This document shows positions 25,762-38,949 of a stretch of DNA of 64,000 nucleotides, in pieces. A program made the position numbers and the translations under genes. The notes beneath the pieces were generated by a model that worked only from the letters and a program-made list of their open reading frames with translations, was not told the origin of the DNA and did no database searches. The stretch comes from Klebsormidium nitens (Eukaryota > Plantae > Klebsormidiophyceae): contig DF237039.1 in the NCBI GenBank assembly GCA_000708835.1, positions 1 through 64,000 of the forward strand, in the 5' to 3' direction. Numbering within the stretch: the stretch's first letter is position 1; the number at the start of each line of letters is the position of its first letter.

Positions 25762-26988
25762 TTGATGCTTGCGCTTACTCCGCAGCCTCTGCAAGGATGC
25801 ACAACGGATCACATAGCAACCTGCTGTAACTTTGAAATTAAAGTAGGTGATTTTCTTTTCCATTCCACAATGGCTGCAGCTCGAGCCTCCGTTTGCCCTA
25901 CAATGTCAGCGGCACCACCATTTAAGCAAGCAGATAAGAGTATTCGCATCATAAGTGTGAAACAGTGGCACTTGGCAGGACAGAGAGGCCAGACACTTCA
26001 GCGCCAACTTGCTTTATGTTGCCTCGTCTATGCGCCAATCTCCGGTGCTTCATTAGCACGGCCTTACTTCTTGCGTCTGCAGCCTGGTTGTGTACAGCTC
26101 GCTAGCAACACCTTGCTCAGGAGAAGAAACGTTGGCAGCAATCGAGGGCGAGCCAAGGGTGTCTGCCTAAACCACAATAGGTGGCCGTTCGAGGGATTTC
26201 TCTCTTTCAAAGGATCAGCGGTAATCAGGGCAGAGCTAGGGGCTGGCTCTTTGAATGATCACAGTGAGGCCCCAATCGCAAGCAAGCAGTGCCTAGAGTG
26301 CAAGCGTCTGAAGTTGCTGCCAGATTTTAAAGCCACAAGGACAAGTGCCGATGGGCTGACAGACTCGTGCAGAGCCTGCCTGGCCGTATGCAGTGCCAAG
26401 CAGCTGGGGCAGGAATTGGGGCACCTCAACATCAGCATCAAGGAGGCGTGGGACCGCGCGAAAGCTTGCAAGCATTGTGGACGAATGAAGGAGATTCGAG
26501 ACTTTGCAAGAGACAAGCATACAAGAGATGGGCTAACTCGCTGGTGTCGGGGGTGCCTTGCAGCAAAGGCGCAGCCCAACAGAGAGCCGCAAGATGGGCC
26601 GCAGTGGTGCAGGCGTTGCAAGGAGATGAAGCCCGCGGCGGACTTCAATCCAGACAAGACGCGGCGGAGCGGGCTGTGCCTCATGTGCAAAGTGTGCAGT
26701 AAGGAGTACAATAAGAGCTTGCATCTGCGCCGGCGTGCGTTTGCGGGGCAGGCAGTTGCTCCGAGGGCTGAGAAGCGATGCCGCACGTGCAACAAGATGA
26801 AAGAGTCGGGCGACTTTTACCGAGAGATAAGGCTGGCGGATGGCCTCTCGTACGCATGCAAAACATGCCAACATGCAAAAGTTCTTGCTTGGAAAAGGGC
26901 ACGGAGGACAGAAGCGGCGGAGGCAGTCAAAGGGGCAGATGCGCCACCTCCGCCGTTAAAGTACAACCGGGAGGATCAGTTGGATTGA
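25762..26988 (+). CDS. ORF with four CxxC-K-F-(D/S)GL-CxxC zinc-ribbon repeats (core 26290-26868)
   Basis: Repeats: CLECKRLKLLPDF...DGLTDSCRAC, CKHCGRMKEIRDF...DGLTRWCRGC, CRRCKEMKPAADF...SGLCLMCKVC and CRTCNKMKESGDF...DGLSYACKTC. The true start is uncertain (ATG near 25869 or an upstream exon). Confidence 0.8.
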   Translation: MMLALTPQPLQGCTTDHIATCCNFEIKVGDFLFHSTMAAARASVCPTMSAAPPFKQADKSIRIISVKQWHLAGQRGQTLQRQLALCCLVYAPISGASLARPYFLRLQPGCVQLASNTLLRRRNVGSNRGRAKGVCLNHNRWPFEGFLSFKGSAVIRAELGAGSLNDHSEAPIASKQCLECKRLKLLPDFKATRTSADGLTDSCRACLAVCSAKQLGQELGHLNISIKEAWDRAKACKHCGRMKEIRDFARDKHTRDGLTRWCRGCLAAKAQPNREPQDGPQWCRRCKEMKPAADFNPDKTRRSGLCLMCKVCSKEYNKSLHLRRRAFAGQAVAPRAEKRCRTCNKMKESGDFYREIRLADGLSYACKTCQHAKVLAWKRARRTEAAEAVKGADAPPPPLKYNREDQLD

Positions 26989-28212
26989 AGTATGATCAAG
27001 GTATGCAAGCAGATTATCCTCATCAGGCCCTCTGCTCAAGGTTTTCAAGAGGCTGTCATACTTGAGACAATTTGTTGCAATGCTTGCTGCCATTCGAGTC
27101 TTCATTGGCCCCAAGCATCTGCAGATAAGAAAGCATCGAGCAGAAGAGGTGTTTACAGTGCACGCCCGTGCTTATTGTTGCGGCTCGATTTGCGGGCTTC
27201 GTGAAAGTCTGTCTGCCAGTCGTGTAGATCATGCTGTTAGTTTGACAATCATCTCTAGTGCGGGACCATAATACCTCTTTTCAGCAGGATTGAAAAGAGG
27301 ACATCAGCGTGCGCACAAAGTTGACATCGGTGATTGATGTGCGAGCAATGTGGCAAATGTCAAGAGCGGTCTTTCTTACCGCGGGAAGTGCGACCGCAAG
27401 AGCGGCGTTTCTGCCAATTGAAAACAATCACGTGTTGATATAACCTTCGCCTTCTCCTTGCAGGGCCGGATGAAGCATAGATTGGATTACGGGACTTGCG
27501 GCCCATGAAAGCTCGAAGTTGCTCTAGGGAAGGCAAGGTGACCCTGCGCCATGCTTTAAAGGTTCTCCTCTCATCTGATTACGCTTTGTCTTCTGTATCC
27601 CTGGTTGGCCCCTTGAATGAATGTTATGTTTCTTCAAAATGTCTCATGAAACGTTTCATGCGAAATTTACTAGGTGGCAACAATCTTCTGCATCTGCTTA
27701 AGACGGACTCTCTACGCTTCTTCTTGCAGTATATTTGATAATACTTTCAAAAAGGGGTTTTAGACCACTTCCCTAGCTTAAGAGATCTCATGAACTTGGG
27801 CCTACATTTAAAGACGGTGATGGCAAGTACATAGTGGATGAAACCTTTTGGCTGCAGGCGCTACATCTGGCGGGTCGTGACATATGACCAGGCACACCCG
27901 CAGCTTCAAAGTTGCGAGCCAACCCCGCCACAGTTGGGATGTGTCCAGTAAACTTAGACTTTCAGTTGGAGCAGGTTCTGTCAATGATTGATATGCAAGG
28001 ATAGGTAAACTTAGTGCTTCCGACAAGGAGGTTTTGTTTGGCAGCCCAATCATGATCTGGTGTTGGCGGCACCAAGTCAACGTGGTTCTGTTATTCCCAT
28101 TGTATATGCATCGAAGCGGGTGCCATGGTAAGCCGGGAGCTAGCTGAATTGGGAACTCGATGTTGAGCCATCGCTGGAGTCTTTTGCCTTTACGGCACCG
28201 CCAGGCCGGAAT

Positions 28213-28272
28213 ATCGGAGAAGATCAACATTGGGCAACCGTAAAATCGGAGAAGATCATCATTGGGCAACCG
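28213..28272. repeat. 28-bp direct tandem duplication
   Basis: atcggagaagatca(a/t)cattgggcaaccg at 28213-28240 and 28245-28272. Confidence 0.9.
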
Positions 28273-29577
28273 ATGTGTGCATGTACCGACCAAAGCATCT
28301 AGGGCTACTTTTTGTATATTCTGACCCTATGTGGCCATGCATGCGCCGTTAGCTAGGTGTGTAGTTATAGTACTTTTCGCTTGGCGCTCCCAATCCATTG
28401 GCAGGCTCGCCGCACATGGTAATTCTTCGGCTGGATTAGGTGCCGGCCTTAGTCCGAACCGTCTTGTTTAGCTAACGCATATTGGATCAATTGGAGCATG
28501 CCCTAATGATCCGCATGCATGATCTAAATAGGCGGCTAGCTTGCCCGTACGTGTACGAGCAGTCTTGCTCCACGTTCTCGAAGTATATGTCTCATGCGAC
28601 TGTATATTGTACAATTGCGTCGATCCGTGGTCTCGTCTCCGATGTCGTGCAAATGTCACCGATTTGCATGAGAGAGATCCGATGTCAAAGGGCCATGGTC
28701 GTGCAAATTAGGCATCAATGTAACACTACTCGATTCTCTGAGCTCTTCAATTGGGCCTATGTTCCCAGCACGACTTTGTGCAAACCATGCCCTAGGCCCT
28801 CACCGGCCGCCCCAACTTACCTCAGGCTTCTGATTCTGGATTCCTATGCAGGAGAATCTGTCTCGCAATCTGCGAATTAGGCAAATGGAAGGTAGGCTTC
28901 CAAATGTTTGTATACTATACGTACTAACAACTTGAATAAAGCCAGAGTACGGTGTGCACGAATATCATGATAGCGGAGATTAGCAATTGATGAACGTCAT
29001 TGTGACCATTCTTGTACAAATCGCGGGGTCACTGATTACACTGCGTTTATATCTGAGCACTGGGACTCTCAATTTTGCTCAGGCATTGCAGCTTTTTGGG
29101 TCTCTTGAGTCGGCAGGCCCTAGCTAGCTGAATACATGAAGTGCAAATTATGTACAGGCTTAATTGTTGCAAGACATACTCAAGCCAATGAGGGAACCGG
29201 TCCGGCCAGGACTGTAGCATCACGTTAAAAATTCGTTTTGCTTCAGAAGAAGTTGGCAAGATGCAACACCGGACATCTGAAATACCTTTTTAACATCGCA
29301 ACGAACCTGGGTCGGCAGTTCAGCCGCTGACTCAACCCAACCCAGCATTAGTACTCGCTTTCAGCACCCCTCCAACATGCCCTAGCTTTCGGGGTCGTCG
29401 ATCCGTCGACTGTCCTTCTGACAGCTAGCGGCAGGCAGTTGAAAGCACCTCCTTGATTGACCTCTTGTTTCGACCTGGGAGCTCAATTTCGACCCACTCG
29501 CAATCCCCAAGTGGCGGATGCTCTTGCGTACCTACGCAACCCCTTATATTTACACACGCGGTTCGCAAGCGTCACCA

Positions 29578-32500
29578 TCACGTCACGTGAAGCGCCGCCT
29601 GGGAGTCTGCCTCAGAATCGTCTTCTGGCACAACTTGGTAAGCGGCGTCAGATGCCGGCGCAGGTCGCGAGGTGCGATGCAAGCCCGGTAGAGGCGCAGT
29701 GCCCCCTTCAGATTTCAACAACGCGGTGTGAACTTTTTGGGGGGCTCTACTTTTGCGTGGGAGCGCAATTTCCTGAGGAAGTCCTTTCAGCAAAATTCCA
29801 AAGCCCATGAGAATAAGCCCCAACACGTGTTTGCCCAGGAGGGGCTTCGTGAAGATGGCGTATGACAGCAGGATGCTGACTGCCTTGCGGAGGGTCGTCA
29901 CCTGCAAACAAGTTGAATTGCTTGCAGTCAGTAGGGACGCTCGTGGGCCCGGCAACAAAAGTTCAAAAAATCGTCGATCGATGGGGGCAGGCCCCAACGT
30001 TGACACTTTGAATCGTCCAAGAGGGTTTGCATTGATCTTTCTGCCAAAGGCGGGCCCCAGAATTATGACGGCGACGTCTTGTGTGAGGGCGTCGCCGCAT
30101 TTTCGAATGTTTGTCCTGACACATCTGCCTGGTTGGCAAATGACACGACGGTTGTGTCAAGACAAGATGATCTTGCGTACTGACTGCCTCTTTCAAACGG
30201 ATTGCTACCCTGAACTAGAGACGTCAGTCTGCTGATGTTTGAACGGTGACGTTTTGCTTCTGAAGGGTGCGATAAATATGGCCGTTTGTACAAGAAGCAC
30301 CGATGAGGATTATGCACCAAAAGGAAGAGTCAGAGTAAAGTCGAGTATAAGGATAAGGCCCACAACTTCGTAAAATGTTGCACGCAGATCACTGAGGTTT
30401 GACGAAGGTAAGACAACCGAGCATTCTTGTTCGTCAGTTGTGCCTTTGGAACGAAACATGCACGCAGGAGTGAACATACAAAGGGAAACGTGGGCCTGCG
30501 GTGTCCGGCCAGAGATCGTCAACGTATTTGAAAAGATAATTTCTTAAGACACCTCGGGACTCGCGGCGTAACATCGTAGTGTTCCCGCTCCAAACAGCAA
30601 GGAGGAAAAGTACAAACGAACTCCAAAGGACAGCAATACTTCTTCAAAGCTGCCCAGGAGTCAGGATTTTCGTGCTTTATACTGCGGTGTTTCACAACCC
30701 AAAGAGCGGGTTTGCAACCATGTCGACCCATTCGAAAGACGGAAGCCAAACCGCCAACAAGCAGGAAAACAAGTGATCTTAGCCCACCATTGCGGTGGTC
30801 CCCGCTCCAAATAACGCCACCATCGACAGGATGGCCAGCTGCCCAATGTATGTGGCAAACGCGTCGGCGATTAGGGCGGCATAAACGTAGGGGTGCGCCA
30901 GGCCTGCGCTCCAGGCCTTGGTCGCCTCGCCAGTCGCAACCATGGGCACCACCAGGAAGGGGATCCCCACGATCGTCGTACAGTAGAGCATCTCGGTCTG
31001 CAGGGAAGATGAGCGGTACGTGACTTTAAAGCAACCGTATTGATAGTCCGAGAGTATTGCACGATTTACCGATAGGAATTGTAGAGTGTGCTGAAGCTGC
31101 GTAAAGCTGAGCAAGAGCGGGGCGCCAGCAGGTGCGAGATACCCCAGACACTGCTCGAAAACGCTGCTTAGGTTTCCACGCATTGCCGTTGCTTCCGTCA
31201 CGATGCCCCTTGCTTTTCTGCAAGACGACACTCCGTCACGCGGTCACCCCCCACCCCGGAGCTGACCTCACCATGCTGACGTCATCATCCTTTTTCACTT
31301 CAGCTTAGCCTGCAGCAACCTCGCCTGAGGCGCGTGACAAAGTAGCGAAGGCTGCGATTGTTCGAGTACAATGAGACTTCTTAAGACAAATCTAAGCGGG
31401 TGGTACATCTTGCAAACACGTGTTTTCACCAGAAAACCTGGAAAGCCGCTCACTTGGGAGGTGCGCGGCGCGGTTGCGAAGATGGCCTCGGTGAAGTTGT
31501 TCATGAAGGCGTCAAGAACTAGAGCGGTGAGCACCATCACAACGCCGAGTGTGTGGAAGCGTGGGGAGGATGCAGCGTCGGCGAGCGTGAAGGCGATGAG
31601 GCCAAGCACTAGAGAGAGCGCGGCAACGTAGTCCTGGGGCAAATATGTGCGCTTGATCCCCGGGAGGCAGTTGCTGAGGAGCATCACGGGGATGACCTGT
31701 TCGGTGGAAAGAGGGCGAGTGATCGGAGGAAGGGAAGGTTGGTTCTTATGGGAAGAACGTATTGCAGAGTACGAGGAGACTCCGAGGTCGGGGAAAGAGG
31801 AAGTGCGCCTGGAGGCAAGGGCCCGCGTCAAGCGAAGTGGGTAATTTTTTTCGGGGCATGATCACTGCCAGAGTGGCACTCTCTGATCCAATAGAACAGG
31901 ACACTAACCAGCTGGTCGATAACCGGTGGTTTAAGCTGGTACGCTGGCAGATTCGACTCCCAACTTTTGCGGAGTCCGCATAGACTTGTTGTAGACTAGA
32001 AAGTTGATAGTACGGCGCATAAGCTATGCGCCAGGTCCGGACTATAAAAGGGCTGTCGCGGACGCGGTAATCATCCCATCCTTCATTCGTAATGTCTCGT
32101 ATCAATCCCGTTCCCACAGCTTCGAAAAAGTTTTTGCTTCCGCACGTAGTTGTACTGAAAACCACTTTGGTTGTAACAGGTACGTCTTCCTAGGTGGACC
32201 TCATTAATTAAGTTTCATGTACCGCGACCAGATCTCCTCGTGGTGCCAGAATAGCGGGTAGGTTCGACAATTTCATCACTTGACATCAGCTTTGCACAAC
32301 CTTTGCTCACCTTTGTGCTCTTGAACATGACTTGGGCGGGGTAGTTGAGGTAAGCGAGGGATCCCCTGGAAAGCCCCGTTGACGCCATGAGCATCCCAGC
32401 TATTTTGACGTAAGTCGTCCATGGGTTAACGCAGTCCTTGGGGCGAAATCCGTTCAGGGTCATGAGGAGGATGTAGACGAAGCTTTGGACGAGCGTGAAG

Positions 32501-33603
32501 TACCAGCCATAACTGCAAGCGGGTTAGCAGAGGAATAGGAGGGTTAGGAGAAGTTGAGAGGTCATCTGCGCTCTCAAAAAAGCAGCCGATTGATCAGGGT
32601 CGTGTAAAGAAAGAAACGAAGCAGCTTTGAATGTTTGGGGCTAAGCCTGCTGTAGCTACATTGGTTCAGCTGAGGGTCGAAGTGGGTTAGCAGGCGCTTT
32701 GGGAAAATGAGAGGGCGATTTTGCAAGGGTAAAAAACAGACATGCCTTTCTCAATTGTTGAAGTACGAGAGAAATGCAGTTGAAACGCTGCTCAAAGGGC
32801 AGGATTAATAAATCAGAGGGAAGACCTACAGAATGGGAAACGTGGACCCCTGAGAAGGGTCAGACCCTCCCTCAAAATAAAGATGCCCTCGAATAAAAAT
32901 TGTAACTGTGCAGGTTGCTTGGCAGGATTCGGAGCGATTGTTGTGATGGGACTTGGATTGAACTGACACATGGCCGAGTGTAATACAGCAATATATGCTT
33001 GCATAGGAGCTGCTCAGCAGAGGGCTCTCAACGCCCCCTGCCAGATAATTCCGATTTTCAGCACCGGAAAGGATCCTTCATCTATTTAAAGCGTGCGCTT
33101 GCCCGTTGACACAACTTAGACACCTCTTAGACAAAACCAACCTGAAAGAAACCCAACACAGTACGACTTCGAGGGGTCTTTTCAAGTTACAACAGTCCAA
33201 GGTAACCCAGACCTTATGGCCTGAAAGCAACTACTCGGAGCGAAGACGGCCACATTCCCATCAGTTCCGATCTGCCAGGTAAAGGGCAGAATACTCAGAG
33301 CTTCGACGTGGTCGCAGCACAGCTGTCCGTCCAAGCATACGGATCACTAGCGACATGTCAAACACGGAAAACTTGCACAAGATCCAAGAGAAATTCCATC
33401 TCTCATATCCAAGGGTTTCGCAACGAAACTTGCCTGAAACCCGCCCTGGCATAGACGAACTCCTCCGCTACCCCATCAATCAGGTACGCCACAAAGAACC
33501 CCCCCGTGCAGATCCCAAGCTGGGCCGCCTTTGAGCGCTTGCTCAGGTTGATTCCCAGGAAGATAACGTCGGCGGCCTGCCGAGCCTCACCCAAGCTCGG
33601 CAT
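29578..33603 (-). CDS. UTR4: UDP-galactose/PAPS transporter (UAA family, UTR2/UTR4 / SLC35B3-like), 382 aa
   Basis: Exons 33603-33434, 32512-32311, 31696-31454, 30997-30788 and 29901-29578. Motifs [29 protein letters not shown] and [20 protein letters not shown]. Intron 1 needs a GC donor (AG|gcaagt). The specific UTR paralogue is not resolved. Confidence 0.9.
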
Positions 33604-34593
33604 CCTCGATGCTGGCAGCTTGAGCGGGCGGCGCAAAGACTAGGCTGACCTCTAGCATGGTGCAAGCTCTAGGCGCGATCTATTTCAAACCACCACGGTA
33701 ATTGAAGCTGATCCGAATTGTGATTCGAGTGTGGCCTACAGCACCCCGCAGCTCACAGAGTGCTGAGGCTTGTACTAAGTCTAGAGCTGAAGAGGGAGCT
33801 TTGAATTGTGCTGAGCCCTCTTTGCTGCCCTAAGGAAATCCAATGAAAGAGGAAAAATACTTCTTTGCCTTCACATTCTGATCATGCTGAGAGGGTCGGG
33901 AGGTGGCGGTCACCTTCTTTCAGTAACCCAAGTCAATTGATTGCGGGCTTGTCATGCCCAATTGGGCATCCTTCACATTGTAGACTAGTGATCACGGCCC
34001 ATCTCAGGAATGTTTCAGGCATAAGTGCTACAATCTGCACCACGCGTGCTCTGTACCTGGAGGATCTTAAAGCAGAACGCTGCAGATTGCACCATGTGTT
34101 GCAGTAAGGAACTGCGCGCCAAAGAGCCTCAGGAAAGCGCCCCTTGCGAATTCTCCAGCGATAGGACGCCAAAAAGGAGGTTTTACGCAGAAGGCTCCCG
34201 AATGTCACATGACAATCGCCATTTTCTGCAGGATTCTTGCGCCGCAGATTGGAAGGAGGAGAGCTTTAGTGTGCAACTGAAAACTTGAACACCAACAGTC
34301 TTCTTGGAAAGAAAGCAGCCCTCACATTGCAACTAGCGATGGGCAGAAGGTGGGGTCTTGTCAGAACGGACGGCTGCAGGCTGTGCTGGTATCCACGTGT
34401 TACAGATCCTGCGGCGGAGGGAGTCCCTTGCAAGGGGGTCCCCCAACCACGCTCGCAGTCCGCCATGCAGGTTGAGAACCACATGGAAAAGACATGCAGA
34501 AGAAACCTGGAAGAGAGTAGTTAAAACTTATTTGTGAAGACCTCTTCAAACACAACAGGACCAAGCGTTGCGACTTTGCTTCCGCACTTCAAA

Positions 34594-37500
34594 ATGCAGT
34601 GTCAGGCGCAAGGCCTGCGCGCACATTGTGGTCACATTGGGGACTATGCAGCCAGGATTGGAACTGACTGCAGAGCAGAGGGGTCGGGAAAGTCTCAACC
34701 TCATGCTGCAAACCGATTCCAAAGCTGCGCGCTCCATACTGTCAGCACGCGCACTTTTTCGGATCGAAGGAGTGTCTCAGACACGAAAGGAAGACGAGCT
34801 CATTGGAAGCACAGAACAAACTGGTTTCAACTTCGGGACACAGGTAATGTGGTGTTGCGAAAGGGAGACAATCGCGTTGTAAAGCTGGGTAGTCAATCCG
34901 GTGCTGCTTTGCAGCCTGGCAGAAGCGGAGCAACAGCAGATGACGTCAGCAGGCCCGAGGATGTCAGCAGCTCGAAGGAGGCTGCGGAAGGTGAGAACAA
35001 GATGCCAGGTTTTTGGAACACCGTACTTTCTACAAGAAGAGTTTGAGTCAATGATACTGAAAGTGTAAGTCGGGCCCTGTCTGTAGCTTGCCATTGTCCA
35101 AGTCAACAAATGCTCCCTACACGCCATCAGCAAGATTAGCCCTTAAAATGTATGTGCCGAATGGCACACTCAGAGTCACACAGACAGTGTCATATGGTGG
35201 TATTCCTGTTGGTGCTGCCGCTACAGCCGCCACAAAACTGATCGAGCGCAGAAACAGTGCGTGAGCACGCAAAGTGTCAGCTAAGTTCAGGGCTTGCCAG
35301 GTGGTCGACTGTCACCAGAAGTTTCCGGAGAGTTCTGTATCTTAACAGGGTTCCATCTGTGTTCAGCCCTCCCCCGCAGTTATGTTTTGAGCGGGCTTCC
35401 GCAGGTGGAGCAAAGCGCTGCTTTGACCAGGACATTGGCTTACTACGATAGCGTAAGCAGCGCGGCAGTCAGCTGCTAGCAAGTTTGCGGGTCGTATGAA
35501 CTTCCTGCCCCCCAATGCCCCAATGCCCCCTACTCCGCTCTCCACGTTCTCCTCACGGAAAAACTTCATTTTGGCTGCGGCCCCACTAAGTGAAGACGTA
35601 GCACCTTGTTTTTGTTGGAGTTGTCTGACCTTTCCATGCTCTCTGCGCAGAATCGCCAGAGGCGGTCAGTTGGGTGCGGCGAAAGTGGGCGGAGAACCGA
35701 GCGGAGTATGAAAGGTGGGGCAGTTCATCTGCAAATTGTGATGCGAGAGCTTGCTAAAGAAGCCTGGACGGTATGGAACAAGGTTTCGATTGACAGGTAG
35801 GAGAGGATTGCAGATATTCGAGTTACCTAGGGCGGTGGGGCTGTCATGCTGACTACGAATCTTGGATATGTTGTGAACCAATTTAAGCAGAAGGGTACAT
35901 AAACAGAGCCTCCCGTTGCAACCTTCTGCCAGTTCTAAGTGAGCTTGCTGCAGACGACTGGTACATCAGCGCCAGTTATCACTGACCAAAGACTTATTTT
36001 GGTTGCGGAAACCAGCGTTTTCAGCTTGGTCGTAAACCAGAGCTAGCCCAAAGGATGAAAGTCTACTACTCTCGATGCTCGAACCCTCACAAACGGAGCG
36101 CGAAATGAATTCGGTACAGTTGCTTATTGAATCAGCCTGATTTCTTTTGGAAGCAGAATGTCAACAGTTGCACAATGAACGACAGCTTTATATGCTTCAC
36201 AAGACTCTCTGTGCAGATTACGGGGGGTGCTGAAGGACCTTGGTCTTGCGGGCTTCCTCTCATACGGCCTCTTCAACACGGGCTACTATCTGGTCTCGTT
36301 CCTCTTTGTCTGGTACGTTTGCACTGAAGTCTGCCCTGGCCCTAGTTGTCTGGCAAGTCCGTCTGAATTAGTGGTCAAGCATAACCAGGATAGGTTTCAG
36401 AAACTTATGCGCAAGTTACCACATCGTGCAATGTCTGCGGATTGCCGCTTATCGCTTTTTGTAAGTGGTGATGCTTGTCCAGGCTCCTCCTATTTCTGCT
36501 GCGACTGGAACATTTCTCTTCGCTTCGAGAGCTCTGCAAGCAAATGCTCTGTGGTCTTCAAACTCTCTTGTTCCTAGCGCGTACGGCTTTTTCGACCCTT
36601 CTCGTTGGACGACTTTGGTCAAGCCTGACAAATCGATGCAAGCACGGTCTGAGGGGACAAGACATATGTGTGTGTGCCGACAGATTTTGGCTGGCACTTC
36701 CACCCTCTTTCACACACAGCGGGATTGGCGAGCAACTCTCCCAGACATTGTCAAAAAGCGAGATGCATAGTCCGACACAGAGGCGATACTCACATGACCG
36801 CTTGTGTGCAGGTTCTTTGTCTCACCATCACCTGGCGGGCTGGGCGTTGCGCAGGCGGCTAAAAGGTACGACCTTCCAACGTCGCTGAGGGGTTTCCAGA
36901 AAACGTCTAATGAACATTCGGACTCATCTGGCGCTTCCTCGATTCGTCCATGTGATCGTTCCCTTACTGCATTTAGCACCGGCTTAACATCATTGACATC
37001 TGGCTTTTAAACTTTGAGAACGTCAAAAGCCCCAATCCTTTCAAGTAGGAATAAGATCAGTCACTTCCTGAATGTGATGGGCGATGACATTCATCGATTT
37101 TTGGAACAACAGTCCGCGGTGCTGGCACGACAGACTCGAGCGTTTTTGACTCTAACATGCATAGTACTCTTTTGCGCTAGTCACCACGTATTGCGCATCT
37201 GCATCTGGAGTTCGGTACGTCTACAGTGAAAAGATACTGAATCTGCCCATTGCAAGCCTGTTTCCTAGGGGCGGATGTGGACGCCTAGCAGATCTCGGCT
37301 GCTGATAATATGCTGGTAACTCTAGACAGTTGTAACAGAGGATTATCTTAAGATGCATGAGACCCGGGTACCTCTACCAGAACCCTAACCAAAACATTAC
37401 GTGCTTCGCACCTGCACCCACCTTAACCCCCAACCTAACCCCACCCGTCCCCCGGGTGTATCCCTTGAAACAATCGGCCCTCAAAACAATCGAGAGTTAC

Positions 37501-38949
37501 TGGAGTGCTGATAACTACTATTCTCCCGCAGGTTCATCAAGATCTTTGCCATGGTGTGGGCCGGGAGTCAAGTGACGAAGCTACTGAGAGCTGGGGGGTG
37601 AGTGCTCCTGACAGTAACACTTCTGTAGAAACCGGTTGGAGATGGGGGCCCAACGTTGATGCTCCGCCCTTTTGTCCAGAGCTAAACAGATGCTTTCCGT
37701 TGTGCAACTCTGTACGATCTTAAGCCTTTATGACGAGCTGAACGCACCAGTCCGAGAGGCCGCTCTTCCGCCAGCGAAGCTTTGTGTTACTCGTCAAACG
37801 TCCCTTTTTCATGTTTTCAAGTGCTTCAAAGTGTTCGCCAGACCAATATCCCAAGCAAGGCCCTTGCCACGGTTCCTTGCTCCGATCTTCTACATTCGGA
37901 CGAGAGGGAGTGTCCAGTGCCCCTATATCGGTTGACCGGGTACAAACCAAGTTTGAACTTATGTAGGAATATTAAACGGCAGGGATAAGCTCGCCAGCCT
38001 GGGACGGGGTGGGGTTAGTTTGGGGGTAAGGGTGGGTACGGGTGTGGAGCACGTAGAGTGTTGGGTTGGGATTTTAGTGTTAGTTGGAGCTTATCATACC
38101 TGGCTCTTGTCACTTCTGATTAGTCCGTCATACAAATCAGACACGTAGACGTGACAGCTCATCAAGGCATCCCACCAGCCTGGGCGCTCTTTTAAGAGTC
38201 GAAGAAGCGAGAGACTCTTCATGACTGTGTCCAACACACAAGGTTGATGCTGTTCCGGTGCGTGACATTCCGTTCGCGTTCCGTTCGTTCCGCAGGGCCC
38301 TCTTGCTGGCGCCGTTGGTCGACCGAGGTCTCGACTGGTTCACGGCCAAGGGCAGCTTCCGATCGAAGAGCCAGGTAGGCCGCACACGCTTCGTATCGTC
38401 GTCCTTCGCGTAGTTGGAGACGGCTCTGCTCTCTTTGATCTTTCGTGCTTAAGTCTGAATGACATTCTGGTATTTCATGTCAACGTTTCCGTTTTCGAGG
38501 CTGCGACTCTCCTCGCTTGGGATCAAGCAGCATTCAGATTGCCGGTATCCACGACATAAACCGGTGATGCGTTCCCACACCAGCATCGCTTCTGGTGCTC
38601 GTTCGGGCTTGTATTCGCTTGATCAGATATGAAGAGGAAGGCGAAACGATGGAACGGGAAGTGAGCGCTTCGGCCGAAGAAGCCTTTATCTGTGAACAAG
38701 TACCGGGTTGCAGAGACTGGTATAAATTGGTGATAAACTTTTGTTTCTTGGATGGTTCAGGCAACACATGCTATCTGCAAATTAGGATCAAGACCTTTCC
38801 TTGTATATTTTGCCCGACCTGAGACGGCGCTTCACTTTTTGTACACTTAACGGTTATTGTTGAGAGTGCAGGCCTTCTGGGCAATCGTGGGGTCGTGCAT
38901 TGCACTCGCTCTAGTTATCTTCGTGGTGATAGTGTCGCTCTGGGCATGA
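34594..38949 (+). CDS. Plastid-targeted membrane protein, At2g38695-like, 277 aa
   Basis: Exons 34594-34990, 35651-35714, 36217-36312, 36812-36865, 37532-37597, 38296-38374 and 38872-38949, all phase-consistent. Motifs GLAGFLSYGLFNTGYY, AMVWAGSQVTKLLRAGGALLLAPLVDRGL and C-terminal SLWA. The first exon is less certain. Confidence 0.85.
37381..38071. repeat. ~70-bp inverted repeat arms (37381-37451 and 38001-38071) in the introns flanking exon 5
   Basis: Left ccctaaccaaaacattacgtgcttcgcacctgcacccaccttaacccccaacctaaccccacccgtccc aligns with the reverse complement of the right arm, cccaacccaacactctacgtgctccacacccgtacccacccttacccccaaactaaccccaccccgtccc (roughly 75-80% by eye). Confidence 0.8.

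Noticed and set aside
27808-28880. 161-aa and 132-aa ORFs
   Set aside because: No recognisable motifs and no linkable splice structure. A decayed gene cannot be excluded.
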